A DNA stretch of 64,000 bases from Planctomycetota bacterium. Its GTDB lineage: Bacteria > Planctomycetota > B15-G4 > JADJEK01. The notes under the pieces are model-generated. The model was not told where the DNA came from, made no database searches, and was given only the letters and a program-made list of their open reading frames with translations. A program made the translations under genes and the position numbers. Below are positions 20,335 to 30,365 of this stretch, piece by piece (position 1 is the first letter of the stretch; the number at the start of each line of letters is the position of its first letter). Location: contig JBGAIQ010000006.1 of NCBI GenBank assembly GCA_044225365.1, positions 64,001 to 128,000 of the forward strand, read 5' to 3'.

Positions 20335-21282
20335 ATGAATACTCCTTTGCCCTCTCTGAACGAACCTTCCTCGACCGACGAAGCGCGACCGCCGGAATCG
20401 ATGGCCGCCGACGCACCCGACTCCGCGGGACGAACGAAAGCGGCGCGCCGCGTGGCGTTCTTCATCCTCTCCGCCCTCTACCTCATTGCGATCTCCGCGC
20501 TCCCCGCGGGCGCGGCCGCCACCCTGGCACTACTTGCGCAGCGCGGCGGGGCGCGCTTCCTCGCCATCGCGATCGCGCCCGTCGTGTACGTCCTCGGCTT
20601 TGGGGTCGTCGCGGGACTGTTGTCGCGCTTTCATCAGCATGCGATCGTGCGCGGCAAGTTCCGCCGCGACGTCGGAGACCCGATCTACTTCCACCGGCGG
20701 TTGTACGGGCTGTGCTGGACGACGGTGACGTACACCGTATTCGTCTACGCCGCGTGGTTGGCATTGCCCTATACGAAGCGGCTCCTCTTCCGGATGTTCG
20801 GGATGCCAGGGCCGCTCGCCTTCACGAGCTACCCGGACACTTGGGTGCGCGACCTCCCGTTGCTTCATCTCGGACGCGGCGCCTACTTGTCGAACAAGGC
20901 CACGCTCGGGACCAACATGTGCCTCGCGGGGAACACCATCGTGATCGAACCGATCACGATCGGCGCCGACGCGATCGTGGGACATCTCGCGGTTCTCGCG
21001 CCGGGCGGAAGGATCGACGATCACGCAGAGATTGGAGCTGCCGCCGTCATCGGCCTTGGTGTACGCGTGGGAAAACACGCCGGAATCGGCCCCCTCGTCG
21101 TTCTCGACCACGGCTCGCGGGTTGGAGACGGAACTCGGATTGGGAATCGTAGCTACATCGGTGTCGGCGCCTCGATCGGTCCCGATATCTCCATTCCGCC
21201 GGCCTCGATCATTCCGGCGCGCACGAGATTGCGCACCCAAGCGGATGTCGACCGCTTTCTGGCGCGGCCCGTTCAAACCTAG
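20335..21282 (+). CDS. membrane protein with a C-terminal left-handed beta-helix (hexapeptide acyltransferase-like) domain
   Basis: 2-3 TM segments, then IGADAIVG/IDDHAEIG/VGKHAGIG/VGDGTRIG hexapeptide repeats. Start uncertain (20335 or 20401). Confidence 0.75.
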   Translation: MNTPLPSLNEPSSTDEARPPESMAADAPDSAGRTKAARRVAFFILSALYLIAISALPAGAAATLALLAQRGGARFLAIAIAPVVYVLGFGVVAGLLSRFHQHAIVRGKFRRDVGDPIYFHRRLYGLCWTTVTYTVFVYAAWLALPYTKRLLFRMFGMPGPLAFTSYPDTWVRDLPLLHLGRGAYLSNKATLGTNMCLAGNTIVIEPITIGADAIVGHLAVLAPGGRIDDHAEIGAAAVIGLGVRVGKHAGIGPLVVLDHGSRVGDGTRIGNRSYIGVGASIGPDISIPPASIIPARTRLRTQADVDRFLARPVQT

Positions 21283-21391
21283 TGTCGCGAAACCAGCCTG
21301 CCGGGGATCGAGTTTCCCTTCGACCTCACGACGGCCTACCATCGAGCCCGACATTCGCGAGCGTGCGGTCTTCAACGCGAGGACGGATTCG

Positions 21392-22024
21392 ATGGTCGAC
21401 CTTGCTTCGCAATTCGGCGGCATCGACATCTACGTCTTCGATCAGTTGTTGCGCGGACGCATCGCGCCTGGCCACAAGGTCCTCGACGCGGGATGCGGCC
21501 CAGGTCGCAATCTCCACTATCTGCTGAAGGCGGGTTTCGAGGTCTTCGCGATCGACGGCAACAATGAGGCGATCCTCGCGGTGCGCGCGATGGCCGCGCG
21601 ACTCGCCCCCGACTTGCCGACGACGAACTTTCGCATGGAGTCCGTCGATGCGATGTCGTTCGAAGACGGGAGCTTCGATGTCGTCGTATGCAATGCCGTA
21701 CTGCACTTCGCGCGCGACCCCTCCCACTTCGAGGCGATGCTCCGCGAATGCTGGCGCGTGTTGAAGCCGGGTGGCATGTTCTTCACCCGCCTCGCCTCGT
21801 CGATCGGCATGCAGCAAAGAATGAAGCCGCTGGGCGACGGTCGCTACTCCCTGCCCGACGGGAGCGATCGCTTCCTCGTGGACGCGGCGATGCTCGATCG
21901 CTTCGAGCGAGCGCTCGGCGCGACGCGACTCGACCCACTGAAGACCACTCTCGTCGAGGAACTGCGATGCATGACGACCTGGGTGCTCCGCAAGGACCTC
22001 CGCAAGAACGAAGGCGGCGCATGA
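21392..22024 (+). CDS. class I SAM-dependent methyltransferase
   Basis: VLDAGCGPGRN, FDVVVCNAVLH, RVLKPGG. Confidence 0.92.
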   Translation: MVDLASQFGGIDIYVFDQLLRGRIAPGHKVLDAGCGPGRNLHYLLKAGFEVFAIDGNNEAILAVRAMAARLAPDLPTTNFRMESVDAMSFEDGSFDVVVCNAVLHFARDPSHFEAMLRECWRVLKPGGMFFTRLASSIGMQQRMKPLGDGRYSLPDGSDRFLVDAAMLDRFERALGATRLDPLKTTLVEELRCMTTWVLRKDLRKNEGGA

Positions 22025-23637
22025 TGGATCGATGGACTCTTTGCGCCGCATTCCTCGCCCTTGCGATCCCACGTTCCGTTCACGCGGGTCCGCAGAAACC
22101 GCAAGCGATGTCGGAGGGCCTCAAGGGCTACATCCACATGAACGTCCCTGCGCCCGACGCAGGCGATTTCGGCTTTGGCATCGGTTTCTATGCGACCGCC
22201 TGGCCCTTGGTCGAGAAGCCCATCGCCGACTTCCAGATCGGGTTGCCCTCGACTTGGATCATCCCGGACAATCGCGATTTCGATCTGCCGCTCTGTCCCA
22301 AGGGCACGATCGCGCGCGACCATTGGCCGGAGCGCGGGCCGTCGTATCGCGACGTGTTCCAGACGATCGAAGGCGGACTCGGGTTCTGGGCGAGCACGCA
22401 GTTCGGCAGTGCGACCGCGAAGTACCGCATGAACGGCACGACGAATTGTTATTCGCACGAGATCTCGTCGCCCCTCTTCGGCTTCGGTCGGCCCGACGCG
22501 CTGCGCGAGGACCAACTCGGAATCGCTCAGCTCAGCAATCGATTGCTCGTACCGCCCGACGGACTCACGTTCGAAACAGGCACGAACGGAGAAGTCTTCG
22601 GCAACGCGTGGTTGGCGCTCCCCATCGTCCCCCGTACGAAGGAGAGCGGCGACGAGAGCTGGACGCTCTTCGTGCGCGCGACGAACTACAAGGGTCCGCT
22701 GGCGTTCTACATACCGAACGCGTGGAGCGCGATCGCGAAGGGCAACGACAACGCGGCGGGACGCACGCTCGATGCCAAAGCCGGGCTCATGAGCGGCGGA
22801 GCGATGGAGGTGAACACCGTCCCGCGATTCGTCGGCCGCGACGCGAAAGGAGTGGAGTACTCGAAGGTGCCGAGGCTTCAGTTCCCCGTCGACGAGGAAG
22901 GCCACACCGTGCTGATGCAGGACGTGGCGATGTACTCGAAGGCCGCGCTGTTCGAGCCGTTCGCCGCGTGGTTGAAGGGCGAGGGCTCGCTCGACAAGGC
23001 CTTCGATGCGCAGTCGGCATATTTCCCGAAATGCGGAACCGACCCGATCGAATTGCGACAGGGACCAGGCAACCTGCGACTCACGGGACTCGACGGCATC
23101 GTCGAGACGACGATGCTCGGAACGTCGACCTTCGGCCTGTCGTGGAAGAAGCGCGGGAGCGGTGCCGGAATGGCGTCGTTCCCCGAGTACTTCAAGCGGG
23201 ACGGTGAAGTGATGATCGCCGTCTCGAGGAGTGAAGTCCCGAAGGAGACGGGACTCGTCGAAGCCGAGTTCCTTCCCGCTCGTCGCGGCCGGCCCTACGT
23301 CGCACCCGTTACGAAGAACACCGTCTGGACCGACCCCGGGCCCGCGGCAGGACCGTTCACCCGTCCACTCTCGGACGGCAGCGTCGTGACGTTCTACTGG
23401 TACCGTTTCGTCGATCAGCCTTCGATCCGCGCTTTCCACTTCTCCCCGCAGGAGCAAGAACGAATGCAAGCGATCGCGGAGCGCGTCCACGGATTCTGGG
23501 CGAAGTCGGAACTGACGTTGCCGCCGCCCTCGCGCGGAAAGCTCGCAAAGCTCGACTCCGCTCTCCTCGTCGCGCCGCCGAAGGGACTCGAGGTCGGCTA
23601 CGTCCCGATCGTGACCGGTCAGGCAGCGAAGGACTGA
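22021..23637 (+). CDS. hypothetical exported protein
   Basis: ATGA overlap with the upstream stop; signal peptide; long ORF with typical codon bias; no recognised domain. Confidence 0.8.
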   Translation: MMDRWTLCAAFLALAIPRSVHAGPQKPQAMSEGLKGYIHMNVPAPDAGDFGFGIGFYATAWPLVEKPIADFQIGLPSTWIIPDNRDFDLPLCPKGTIARDHWPERGPSYRDVFQTIEGGLGFWASTQFGSATAKYRMNGTTNCYSHEISSPLFGFGRPDALREDQLGIAQLSNRLLVPPDGLTFETGTNGEVFGNAWLALPIVPRTKESGDESWTLFVRATNYKGPLAFYIPNAWSAIAKGNDNAAGRTLDAKAGLMSGGAMEVNTVPRFVGRDAKGVEYSKVPRLQFPVDEEGHTVLMQDVAMYSKAALFEPFAAWLKGEGSLDKAFDAQSAYFPKCGTDPIELRQGPGNLRLTGLDGIVETTMLGTSTFGLSWKKRGSGAGMASFPEYFKRDGEVMIAVSRSEVPKETGLVEAEFLPARRGRPYVAPVTKNTVWTDPGPAAGPFTRPLSDGSVVTFYWYRFVDQPSIRAFHFSPQEQERMQAIAERVHGFWAKSELTLPPPSRGKLAKLDSALLVAPPKGLEVGYVPIVTGQAAKD

Positions 23638-23734
23638 ATCTTCGCGCACGATTCTTCTGGATCGCGCGTTCCTTGCATTCCGGACGTCGACCTCCGACAA
23701 TCCTCCGCGACCTCGACCGTGGGAGCGCTCGCCG

Positions 23735-26700
23735 ATGACCGAACCAACGAGGGTGCGCGCGCTCTTCGAACGCGCCCTCCGCCTCCCCGCCGCCGAACGC
23801 GTGGCTTTCGTGCTGCGCGAAGCGAACAACGATGCCGACCTCGCCTACGCGGTGATCTTCCTGCTCGAGAGCGCTCCGCAATCCGGAGCACCGAAGACGG
23901 TGCAAGTCGACGCCTCGCTCGCCTCGCGCCTGAAGGCCGCGTTCGGAAAGGACCTCGACCCCAAGGTCTCCCTCGCAGGCGACGACTCTCGCATGGGCGA
24001 TTCGTCCCTCCTCGACAACCTCCTGAATCGAACGGCGACGACGTCGCGCTACGACTTCGGCGATGAGATCGCGCGCGGCGGAATGGGCGCGATCTCGCGC
24101 GTCTACGACCGGGATCTGCGACGCCATATCGCGATGAAAGTCATGCTCGACGACGATCCATCGCGGCTCGCACGGTTCCTCGAGGAAGCACAGGTCACCG
24201 GGCAGCTCGATCATCCGAACATCGTGCCGGTGCATGAACTCGGCATCGACGCCAGTAGCCGAGTCTTCTTCACGATGAAGCTGGTGAAGGGCGAGACCCT
24301 GAACGACGTCTTCGCGAAGGTCGTGAATCAGGTCGATGGCTGGAACCTCACACGCGCGCTGTCCGTGATCCTGCGCGTCTGCGAAGCGATGGCGTTCGCT
24401 CATGCCAAGGGCGTTTTGCATCGCGACATCAAGCCCGCCAACGTCATGGTCGGTCGCTTCGGCGAGGTGTACGTGATGGATTGGGGCCTCGCCCGCGTGA
24501 TCGGTCGCGCGGACACTCGCGATCTTCGGCTCAAGCCCGACGAGGGTCAGAGCGTCGTGCGCACCGAACGACGCGACATGGCGAGCGACACGCCGGACTC
24601 GCCGCTCATCACGATGGAAGGCATGGTCATGGGCACGCCGAGTTACATGCCCCCGGAACAAGCGGAGGGGACGATCGACTCGATTGGCCCGCATTCGGAC
24701 GTCTACGCCGTCGGTGCGATCCTCTATCGCCTGCTCTCCGGCTGCGAGCCGTATCGCGAGCCCGGTTCGCGGATGTCGAGCCATCAGATCCTGAATCGGG
24801 TGATCGCCGGCCCACCTCGGCCGGTGCATGAGATCGCGAAGGACATCTCCGCGGAGTTGCTCGCCATTCAAGAGAAGGCGATGGCGCGACGAATCGAAGA
24901 CCGATATCCCTCGATGACCGCGCTCGGAGACGACCTTCGCGCGTATCTCGAGAACCGCGTCGTTTCGGCCCATGCGACGGGCGCGATCGCGGAACTGAGG
25001 AAATGGGTGCAGCGCAACCCCGCTCTCGCGGCGGCGGCGAGCGTGCTCGTTCTCGTTCTCGCCGCCGCAACGGCGATCGTGACTCAGCAGAAGCGAGAAG
25101 TCGATTCGAAGAACATCGCGCTGGGACGAGCGAACGACGAGATCACCGCGCGGAAGTCCGAGGTGGAGGGCCAGAAGCGGATCGTCGACGCGAAGATCCG
25201 CGAGTTCGACCAGCTCGCGGGAAAGGTCCATCTCGAACGAGCGATCGCGCGCGAGAAGGACCTGTATCCGCCGTGGCCTGAGAAGGTCGATCCGATGCAA
25301 CGTTGGCTCGCGGAGGATGCGAAGCGTCTCCTCGATCTGAAGCCGACTTTGGAGCGGACGCTCGCGGACCTTCGTTCGCGGGCGATGCCGCCGAGCGATG
25401 CGGAGCGAGAGAACGCGCGAAGGACGCATCCGAGGTCCCACGAACTCGACATCCTGCGACATCGACTGGAATGGCTGCGGACTCGCAAGACGACAAGCAG
25501 CCGTGGAGCATCGCAGGACGATCCACTGCTGCCTTCCCCCATCGAGTCGAAGCGTGCCATCGAGTGGAATGCCTACGCGTGGAAACGAGTCGATCCGGAC
25601 GCCTCGAAGCGATTGTTCGGAGAGGAGCGACTCGCGCTCGCCGCGATACGGGGCGCCGTCGCGAAGATCGAAACGGGCGATACCTCGATGTCGCTCGCCG
25701 CCGCGCTCGACACTCTCGCCTGGGCTTACGTCGCGAACGGACTCGACGAGGAAGCGCGAACCGCTTCGGCCCGTGCACTCGAGTTGGCGCCCCCCAACAA
25801 GAAGGCCGATTATCGATCGGCGACCGAGGCGCTCGAAGCGGCGATCGCCGCGCTCCTCGGAGAGGCCGGAGCGAATCTGGAGTCGACTCTCGAGTCGCAG
25901 ATCGCCGCGCTCGAGTCCGAGATCGACTCGAATCGGGCGTGCTCGTTCGCGCTCGAATCCGAAACGTTCCTCTATTCGGCGCTGTCGGACCTCGCAACTT
26001 CGATCGCCACCTTCGAGACCGGCACGCGCGCCGACGTCGAGAAGCGCCTCGCGTGGGCGATGCACATCGACGATCTCACGAAGCACCACCCGAACGCGAG
26101 ACACACGTGGGAAGAAGCGCGAGCGGCGATCGCGAAGGCCGACGACGTCGTGGCTTCGAAACTCTACGCCTCGTCCTTGGGTGCGGGCGGGCCGATCGAT
26201 CTGCAACCTCAGCCGGGCCTCGTTCCGATCGGGATGAATCCGATCACCAAGCTGTGGGAGTTCTACGAACTGCGTTCGGCGTGCGATCTGGCGGCGGGTC
26301 AGGACCCGGCGACGATCGAGATCCCGACCCATCGAGCCGACGGCTCGATCGAGGTGAAGGACGGCACGGGGATCGTGTTCGTGCTCCTGCCGGGCGGCAG
26401 ATTCCTCCAAGGCGCCCAGGTCGGTGATCGCAACGCGTCGAACTTCGACCCGAACGCGGACAGCGACGAATGGCCACAAGAGGTGACGCTCGCCCCGTTC
26501 TTCCTCGCGCGACACGAAATGACGCGAGCCCAGTGGTATCGCCTTTCGAACGGCGAGGAGCCGTCGACGAACGCTCGCAATATCGCGTTTCCCAACGATC
26601 CGCCGATCGGATGGTGTCATCCGGTCGAAAGCGTCGAATGGACGATGTGCCGCGACTTGTTCGCACGGCACGGAATGACCCTTCCGACCGAAGCGCGCTG

Positions 26701-27172
26701 GGAGTACGCCGCCCGCGGAGGCACCACTTCGGTGTGGTGGACCGGCGAGGAACCCGCGTCACTGGCCGGCGCCGCGAACGTCCTCGATCTTCGGGCGACG
26801 AAGGCGAACCCGAACTGGGGAATCCAGAGCGGCGATTTCGACGACGGCTTCATCGGATCGTGTCGCGTCGGTTCGCTGCGTGCGAACGGCTTCGGGCTCC
26901 ACGACGTGGTCGGCAACGTGTGGGAGTGGTGCCTCGACACCTACGACGATCACTACGGTCCCGCGCGGAGCGGCGATGGCTTGCGAATCGTCGATGCTTC
27001 GCTGCCGCCGTACAAGATCTACCGCGGCGGCAGCTACTACATCACAGCGTCGGTCGCACGATCCGCGGACCGCAACCGAATGGCGCCGAGTGCGCGCAAT
27101 GCGAATGTCGGAGTGCGGCCCGCTCGGGATTTGTTGCTTGCGGGCGATTCGCGATCGAGTAACGAGCACTGA
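23735..27172 (+). CDS. Hanks-type Ser/Thr protein kinase with TM helix, TPR-like region and C-terminal FGE/SUMF1-like domain
   Basis: IARGGMG, AMK, HRDIKPAN, DWGLA, GTPSYMPPEQ, SDVYAVG; TM LAAAASVLVLVLAAATAIV; LPTEARWEYAARGG, NGFGLHDVVGNVWEWC, RGGSY, GVRPAR. Confidence 0.95.
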   Translation: MTEPTRVRALFERALRLPAAERVAFVLREANNDADLAYAVIFLLESAPQSGAPKTVQVDASLASRLKAAFGKDLDPKVSLAGDDSRMGDSSLLDNLLNRTATTSRYDFGDEIARGGMGAISRVYDRDLRRHIAMKVMLDDDPSRLARFLEEAQVTGQLDHPNIVPVHELGIDASSRVFFTMKLVKGETLNDVFAKVVNQVDGWNLTRALSVILRVCEAMAFAHAKGVLHRDIKPANVMVGRFGEVYVMDWGLARVIGRADTRDLRLKPDEGQSVVRTERRDMASDTPDSPLITMEGMVMGTPSYMPPEQAEGTIDSIGPHSDVYAVGAILYRLLSGCEPYREPGSRMSSHQILNRVIAGPPRPVHEIAKDISAELLAIQEKAMARRIEDRYPSMTALGDDLRAYLENRVVSAHATGAIAELRKWVQRNPALAAAASVLVLVLAAATAIVTQQKREVDSKNIALGRANDEITARKSEVEGQKRIVDAKIREFDQLAGKVHLERAIAREKDLYPPWPEKVDPMQRWLAEDAKRLLDLKPTLERTLADLRSRAMPPSDAERENARRTHPRSHELDILRHRLEWLRTRKTTSSRGASQDDPLLPSPIESKRAIEWNAYAWKRVDPDASKRLFGEERLALAAIRGAVAKIETGDTSMSLAAALDTLAWAYVANGLDEEARTASARALELAPPNKKADYRSATEALEAAIAALLGEAGANLESTLESQIAALESEIDSNRACSFALESETFLYSALSDLATSIATFETGTRADVEKRLAWAMHIDDLTKHHPNARHTWEEARAAIAKADDVVASKLYASSLGAGGPIDLQPQPGLVPIGMNPITKLWEFYELRSACDLAAGQDPATIEIPTHRADGSIEVKDGTGIVFVLLPGGRFLQGAQVGDRNASNFDPNADSDEWPQEVTLAPFFLARHEMTRAQWYRLSNGEEPSTNARNIAFPNDPPIGWCHPVESVEWTMCRDLFARHGMTLPTEARWEYAARGGTTSVWWTGEEPASLAGAANVLDLRATKANPNWGIQSGDFDDGFIGSCRVGSLRANGFGLHDVVGNVWEWCLDTYDDHYGPARSGDGLRIVDASLPPYKIYRGGSYYITASVARSADRNRMAPSARNANVGVRPARDLLLAGDSRSSNEH

Positions 27173-27186
27173 GGGCGCGCCGCGCC

Positions 27187-28443
27187 TCAATGAGCGTGAT
27201 ATAGATAACAGTCGACCTTTCCGTTCGACTCCAAGAGATCGACGCTCGACGCGAAGAAGACCCACTCACCGTTCGCCGAGGCTTGGAACGTGAAGTAAGC
27301 ATCGTTCAGATCCTGCCCAGGACTTTGGGCGACGATCCATCGCTCGCCCGATTCGAGATCGAACTCGTAGATCCCCGACACCAACGTGCCCGAAGCCGTC
27401 GTCTTGTATTGGACCGCGGTCATGAGGCGTTTGCCGTCGTTGCTGATCGTCGCCCTCGCCACGTAGAAGTCGTCGCTCATCCCCGGCATCGAGACGTCGA
27501 TCGGCCGCAGCTCGGACTTCTTGCGATCGAAGAGGATGATGTTGCCGGGATTCAGCGGGAAACCGAGGTTGAGGGAGGAGGTGTACATCACCACGAACTG
27601 CCCATTCCGCGAGTTCGCCATGAGCGCGCTGCTCGACGCGCCTTGGATGCCGGAAGGGTTCTTCGTGACGAGCGTCGTCGTCGCGAGCTTGCGATCGCGC
27701 ATGTAGATCTGGAAGCTCGTGCCGAATCCGAGATTCGTCGCATTCGACGAGAAGAAGACGAACCGCGCGTCTCCGGACATCGAGACGTCGTAGATGTAGC
27801 TGTCGAGCGCCAGCCCTTGCTGGTTCACGGTGACGAGTTCCGTCGTTCCCGTCTTCACGTCGTGGAGGTAGCCGCGATTCGTGTAGGAAGACGAGTTGGA
27901 GAGCATGTTGTTCGAACTCGTGTGGAACAGGATGAAGCGCCCATCCTCCGAGATCGTGTCGAGGTATGCGTCGGAGTTGGCGACTTCGCCGTTCGGCCCG
28001 ATCGAGACGTGACGAAGCTCCCCGGTCTTGGTGTCCCGCCAGAACACGCGGGGCGACCCGCCGGGCGGACCCGAGAGCCCGAGCGAGGACTCGCACACGA
28101 ACGCGACATACCGACCCGACTTGCTGAGACGTGAATTCCAGCAGTCGAGGTTCGCGAGCTGCCCGCCCACCATCTTCGAGAGTACCGCTCCGGGCGCTCC
28201 ACTGCGCTTGAAGCCGATCACCTGATCGAATCCGTTGTACGTCCCCGGCCCGAAGTTCGACGCGGTCGTGGTGAGCGCCAGCTTCTTGCCATTGCTCGTG
28301 ATCTGGGGCGAGAACGAGTGATCGTTTCCGGCATTGCCGTCGCTCGCCTTGGAAATCAGCGCATAGTTGCCGGGCTTGATCTGCGCGGCAGGAGCGAGCG
28401 ACGAGAGACCGAGTGCGACGAGGGCGGAGCAGGCGAGACGCAT
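27187..28443 (-). CDS. exported TolB/PD40-like beta-propeller protein
   Basis: Signal peptide; repeats such as ISEDGRFILF, MSGDARFVFFSSNATNL, SANGEWVFFAS. Confidence 0.85.
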   Translation of the reverse strand: MRLACSALVALGLSSLAPAAQIKPGNYALISKASDGNAGNDHSFSPQITSNGKKLALTTTASNFGPGTYNGFDQVIGFKRSGAPGAVLSKMVGGQLANLDCWNSRLSKSGRYVAFVCESSLGLSGPPGGSPRVFWRDTKTGELRHVSIGPNGEVANSDAYLDTISEDGRFILFHTSSNNMLSNSSSYTNRGYLHDVKTGTTELVTVNQQGLALDSYIYDVSMSGDARFVFFSSNATNLGFGTSFQIYMRDRKLATTTLVTKNPSGIQGASSSALMANSRNGQFVVMYTSSLNLGFPLNPGNIILFDRKKSELRPIDVSMPGMSDDFYVARATISNDGKRLMTAVQYKTTASGTLVSGIYEFDLESGERWIVAQSPGQDLNDAYFTFQASANGEWVFFASSVDLLESNGKVDCYLYHAH

Positions 28444-28681
28444 GGGAGCGGACTCCGAAGGATCGAGAACGTGTCTACGAACCTGTGGATCCAGGCGGCA
28501 CGCCCGACCGACCCTTGGATTCTCGGAAGTTCCTCCGCGGCCGGACGCGTCGAACCCGCCACGGCGGCACCGGCGTCTCCAAATTCGGGCCCTGAAGCGT
28601 GTTGAGACACGCCAACTGGCGGAGTCGTCCTGAACGAACGGGGCAGGCTCGTCGATCGTTGAGGTTCCAAACGCGTTCTCG

Positions 28682-28709
28682 TTGGCGTTTAGTCATACTC
28701 AACGATAAT
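28682..28709 (+). promoter_or_regulatory. putative sigma70-type promoter giving a near-leaderless ATPase mRNA
   Basis: TTGGCG-16 nt-GATAAT, with the ATG 8 nt downstream and no SD. Confidence 0.4.
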
Positions 28710-28717
28710 CTTCCGGC

Positions 28718-29872
28718 ATGAACTCGAGACCGGACTGGACCCGTCGAATCGAAGATGCCTGGCGACGGAAATCCGTCGTCTGGCTCCAGGGCGTGCGCCG
28801 CTCCGGAAAGACGACGGTCTGCCAGCAACTCGACGGAATCGAGTACTTCGATTGCGAACTGCCACGCATTCGGCGTCGACTCGAGGACCCCGAGGCGTTC
28901 CTCGCCGACATGCGCGGCCGTCGAGTCGTGCTCGACGAAGTCCATCGCCTACCGAATCCGGCGGAGCTCTTGAAGATCGCGGCCGATCATCACCCGCGAA
29001 CACGAGTGCTCGCCACGGGCTCGTCGACCCTGACGGCCTCGGCGCGCTTTCGTGACACGCTTGCCGGCCGCAAGGCCGAAGTCTGGCTCACGCCAATGAT
29101 GGTCTCCGAGGGCGAATCGTTCGGCAACGCGAGCCTGCGCCATCGCCTGATTCGTGGCGGTCTGCCCCCTTTCTTCCTCGCCGAGGAATTCCCTGAGCGC
29201 GACTTCCAGGAGTGGATGGACGCCTACTGGGCAAAGGACATCCAGGAGCTGTTCCGGCTGGAGCGGCGTGCCTCGTTCCAGCGATTCATCGAACTGCTGC
29301 TCACGGACAGCGGATGCATGTTCGAAGCCACTCGATTCTCGCGAGTCTGTGAGGTCAGCCGCCAGACGATCCAGAACTACCTCGCGGTGCTCGACTCGAC
29401 GTTCATCGCTCATGTGATTCGGCCGTTCTCGGGACGTCGCGCACGAGAGATCATCGCCGCTCCGAAGGTCTACGGCTTCGACACGGGATTCGTCGCGTAT
29501 CACCGCGGGTGGCACGAACTGAGGGACGCCGATCTCGGCCCACTGTGGGAACATCTCGTACTGAATGAGATGCACGCTGCGATGCAATCTCGCGACATCC
29601 AGTACTGGCGCGACAAACAGGGTCACGAGATCGATTTCGTTCTGCCACGTCGTGGCGGTCGCCCCATCGCGATCGAATGCAAGTGGTCGGCGAGCAAGTT
29701 CGACCCTGCGAATCTGCGGATCTTCCGGCGGCTCTACCCGGAAGGCGCGAACTACCTCGTGGCGCAAGACGTCGAGCGCGCGTCGACCCGAACCTTCGAC
29801 GGATTGAAGGTCGAGGTCGTGAGTGTCGATGGCCTTGTGGAACGAATTCCGTTCGGGCCCAATAAGCCGTGA
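28718..29872 (+). CDS. AAA_14 family ATPase with C-terminal DUF4143 (PD-(D/E)XK-like) domain
   Basis: Walker A GVRRSGKT, Walker B VVLDEVH, ATGSS, LAGR, GGLP, PKVYGFDTG, YWRDKQGHEIDFV, IAIECK. Confidence 0.93.
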   Translation: MNSRPDWTRRIEDAWRRKSVVWLQGVRRSGKTTVCQQLDGIEYFDCELPRIRRRLEDPEAFLADMRGRRVVLDEVHRLPNPAELLKIAADHHPRTRVLATGSSTLTASARFRDTLAGRKAEVWLTPMMVSEGESFGNASLRHRLIRGGLPPFFLAEEFPERDFQEWMDAYWAKDIQELFRLERRASFQRFIELLLTDSGCMFEATRFSRVCEVSRQTIQNYLAVLDSTFIAHVIRPFSGRRAREIIAAPKVYGFDTGFVAYHRGWHELRDADLGPLWEHLVLNEMHAAMQSRDIQYWRDKQGHEIDFVLPRRGGRPIAIECKWSASKFDPANLRIFRRLYPEGANYLVAQDVERASTRTFDGLKVEVVSVDGLVERIPFGPNKP

Positions 29873-30015
29873 CCCCGCCACGGCAGGAGGGTCGGCGCGC
29901 GAGGGTTTCGGGGTGACATTGACGGCCGATCGGGTGAGAACTGCGGTCCGCGACAGCGTTGAACCTCGTGTCACCGCGGCGGTCGCCGCCTCGGACGGCT
30001 CGTTCGCCAAGCGGT

Positions 30016-30123
30016 TCGAACCGCTACCGCTTGGCGGACGAATTCGCCAAGGGCGACGTGGGCAAGATCGACAAGGTCTTCAACCAAGATTTGCGCCTCA
30101 CGCTCGCGTTCGACACCGGTTGA
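30016..30123 (+). pseudogene. degenerate Ser/Thr kinase N-lobe fragment (left stub)
   Basis: SNRYRLADEFAKGDVGKIDKVFNQDLRLTLA aligns with TSRYDFGDEIARGGMGAISRVYDRDLRRHIA of the kinase at 23735, then a stop. Confidence 0.6.
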
Positions 30124-30204
30124 ACATGTCGGCCGAGGACCGAGACCGAAGCAGATGCGTCGGGACGATGAGGACAGAGGAGGAATAGGAATTCGGATCC
30201 AAAC

Positions 30205-30365
30205 GGACGCGAGCGCGCACCTTCGCACGTGCGCGCCTCATCCGCGCAGTCGGCCTCGGTTCGGCGAAGAGCCGCGGGAATCGCTCTTTGCGCGCCAGGC
30301 ACGATCTTTCACGGCATTTCTCGTCACCGCGTCGTCGCGGCCGCGATTCAGCGGCATGGAAAACG
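30205..30365 (+). repeat. Rpn leader repeat, copy 1
   Basis: About 160 bp, matching 31301-31461 except for one substitution seen (cttcgcac/ctccgcac). Confidence 0.95.

Noticed and set aside
23357-26671. Long antisense or alternate-frame ORFs (also 58374-61166, 15554-17584, 37544-39496, 21844-23829, 54440-56059)
   Set aside because: Arg/Ala-rich shadow frames of well-supported genes, expected at this GC content.
26900-27172. FGE/C-type-lectin C-terminus as a diversity-generating retroelement target
   Set aside because: No reverse transcriptase and no adenine-variant template repeat seen in the window. A remote DGR cannot be excluded.
28552-29884. 11-bp direct repeat cccgccacggc flanking the AAA ATPase as att sites or a TSD
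   Set aside because: Short GC-rich match that is plausible by chance, with no integrase or transposase nearby.
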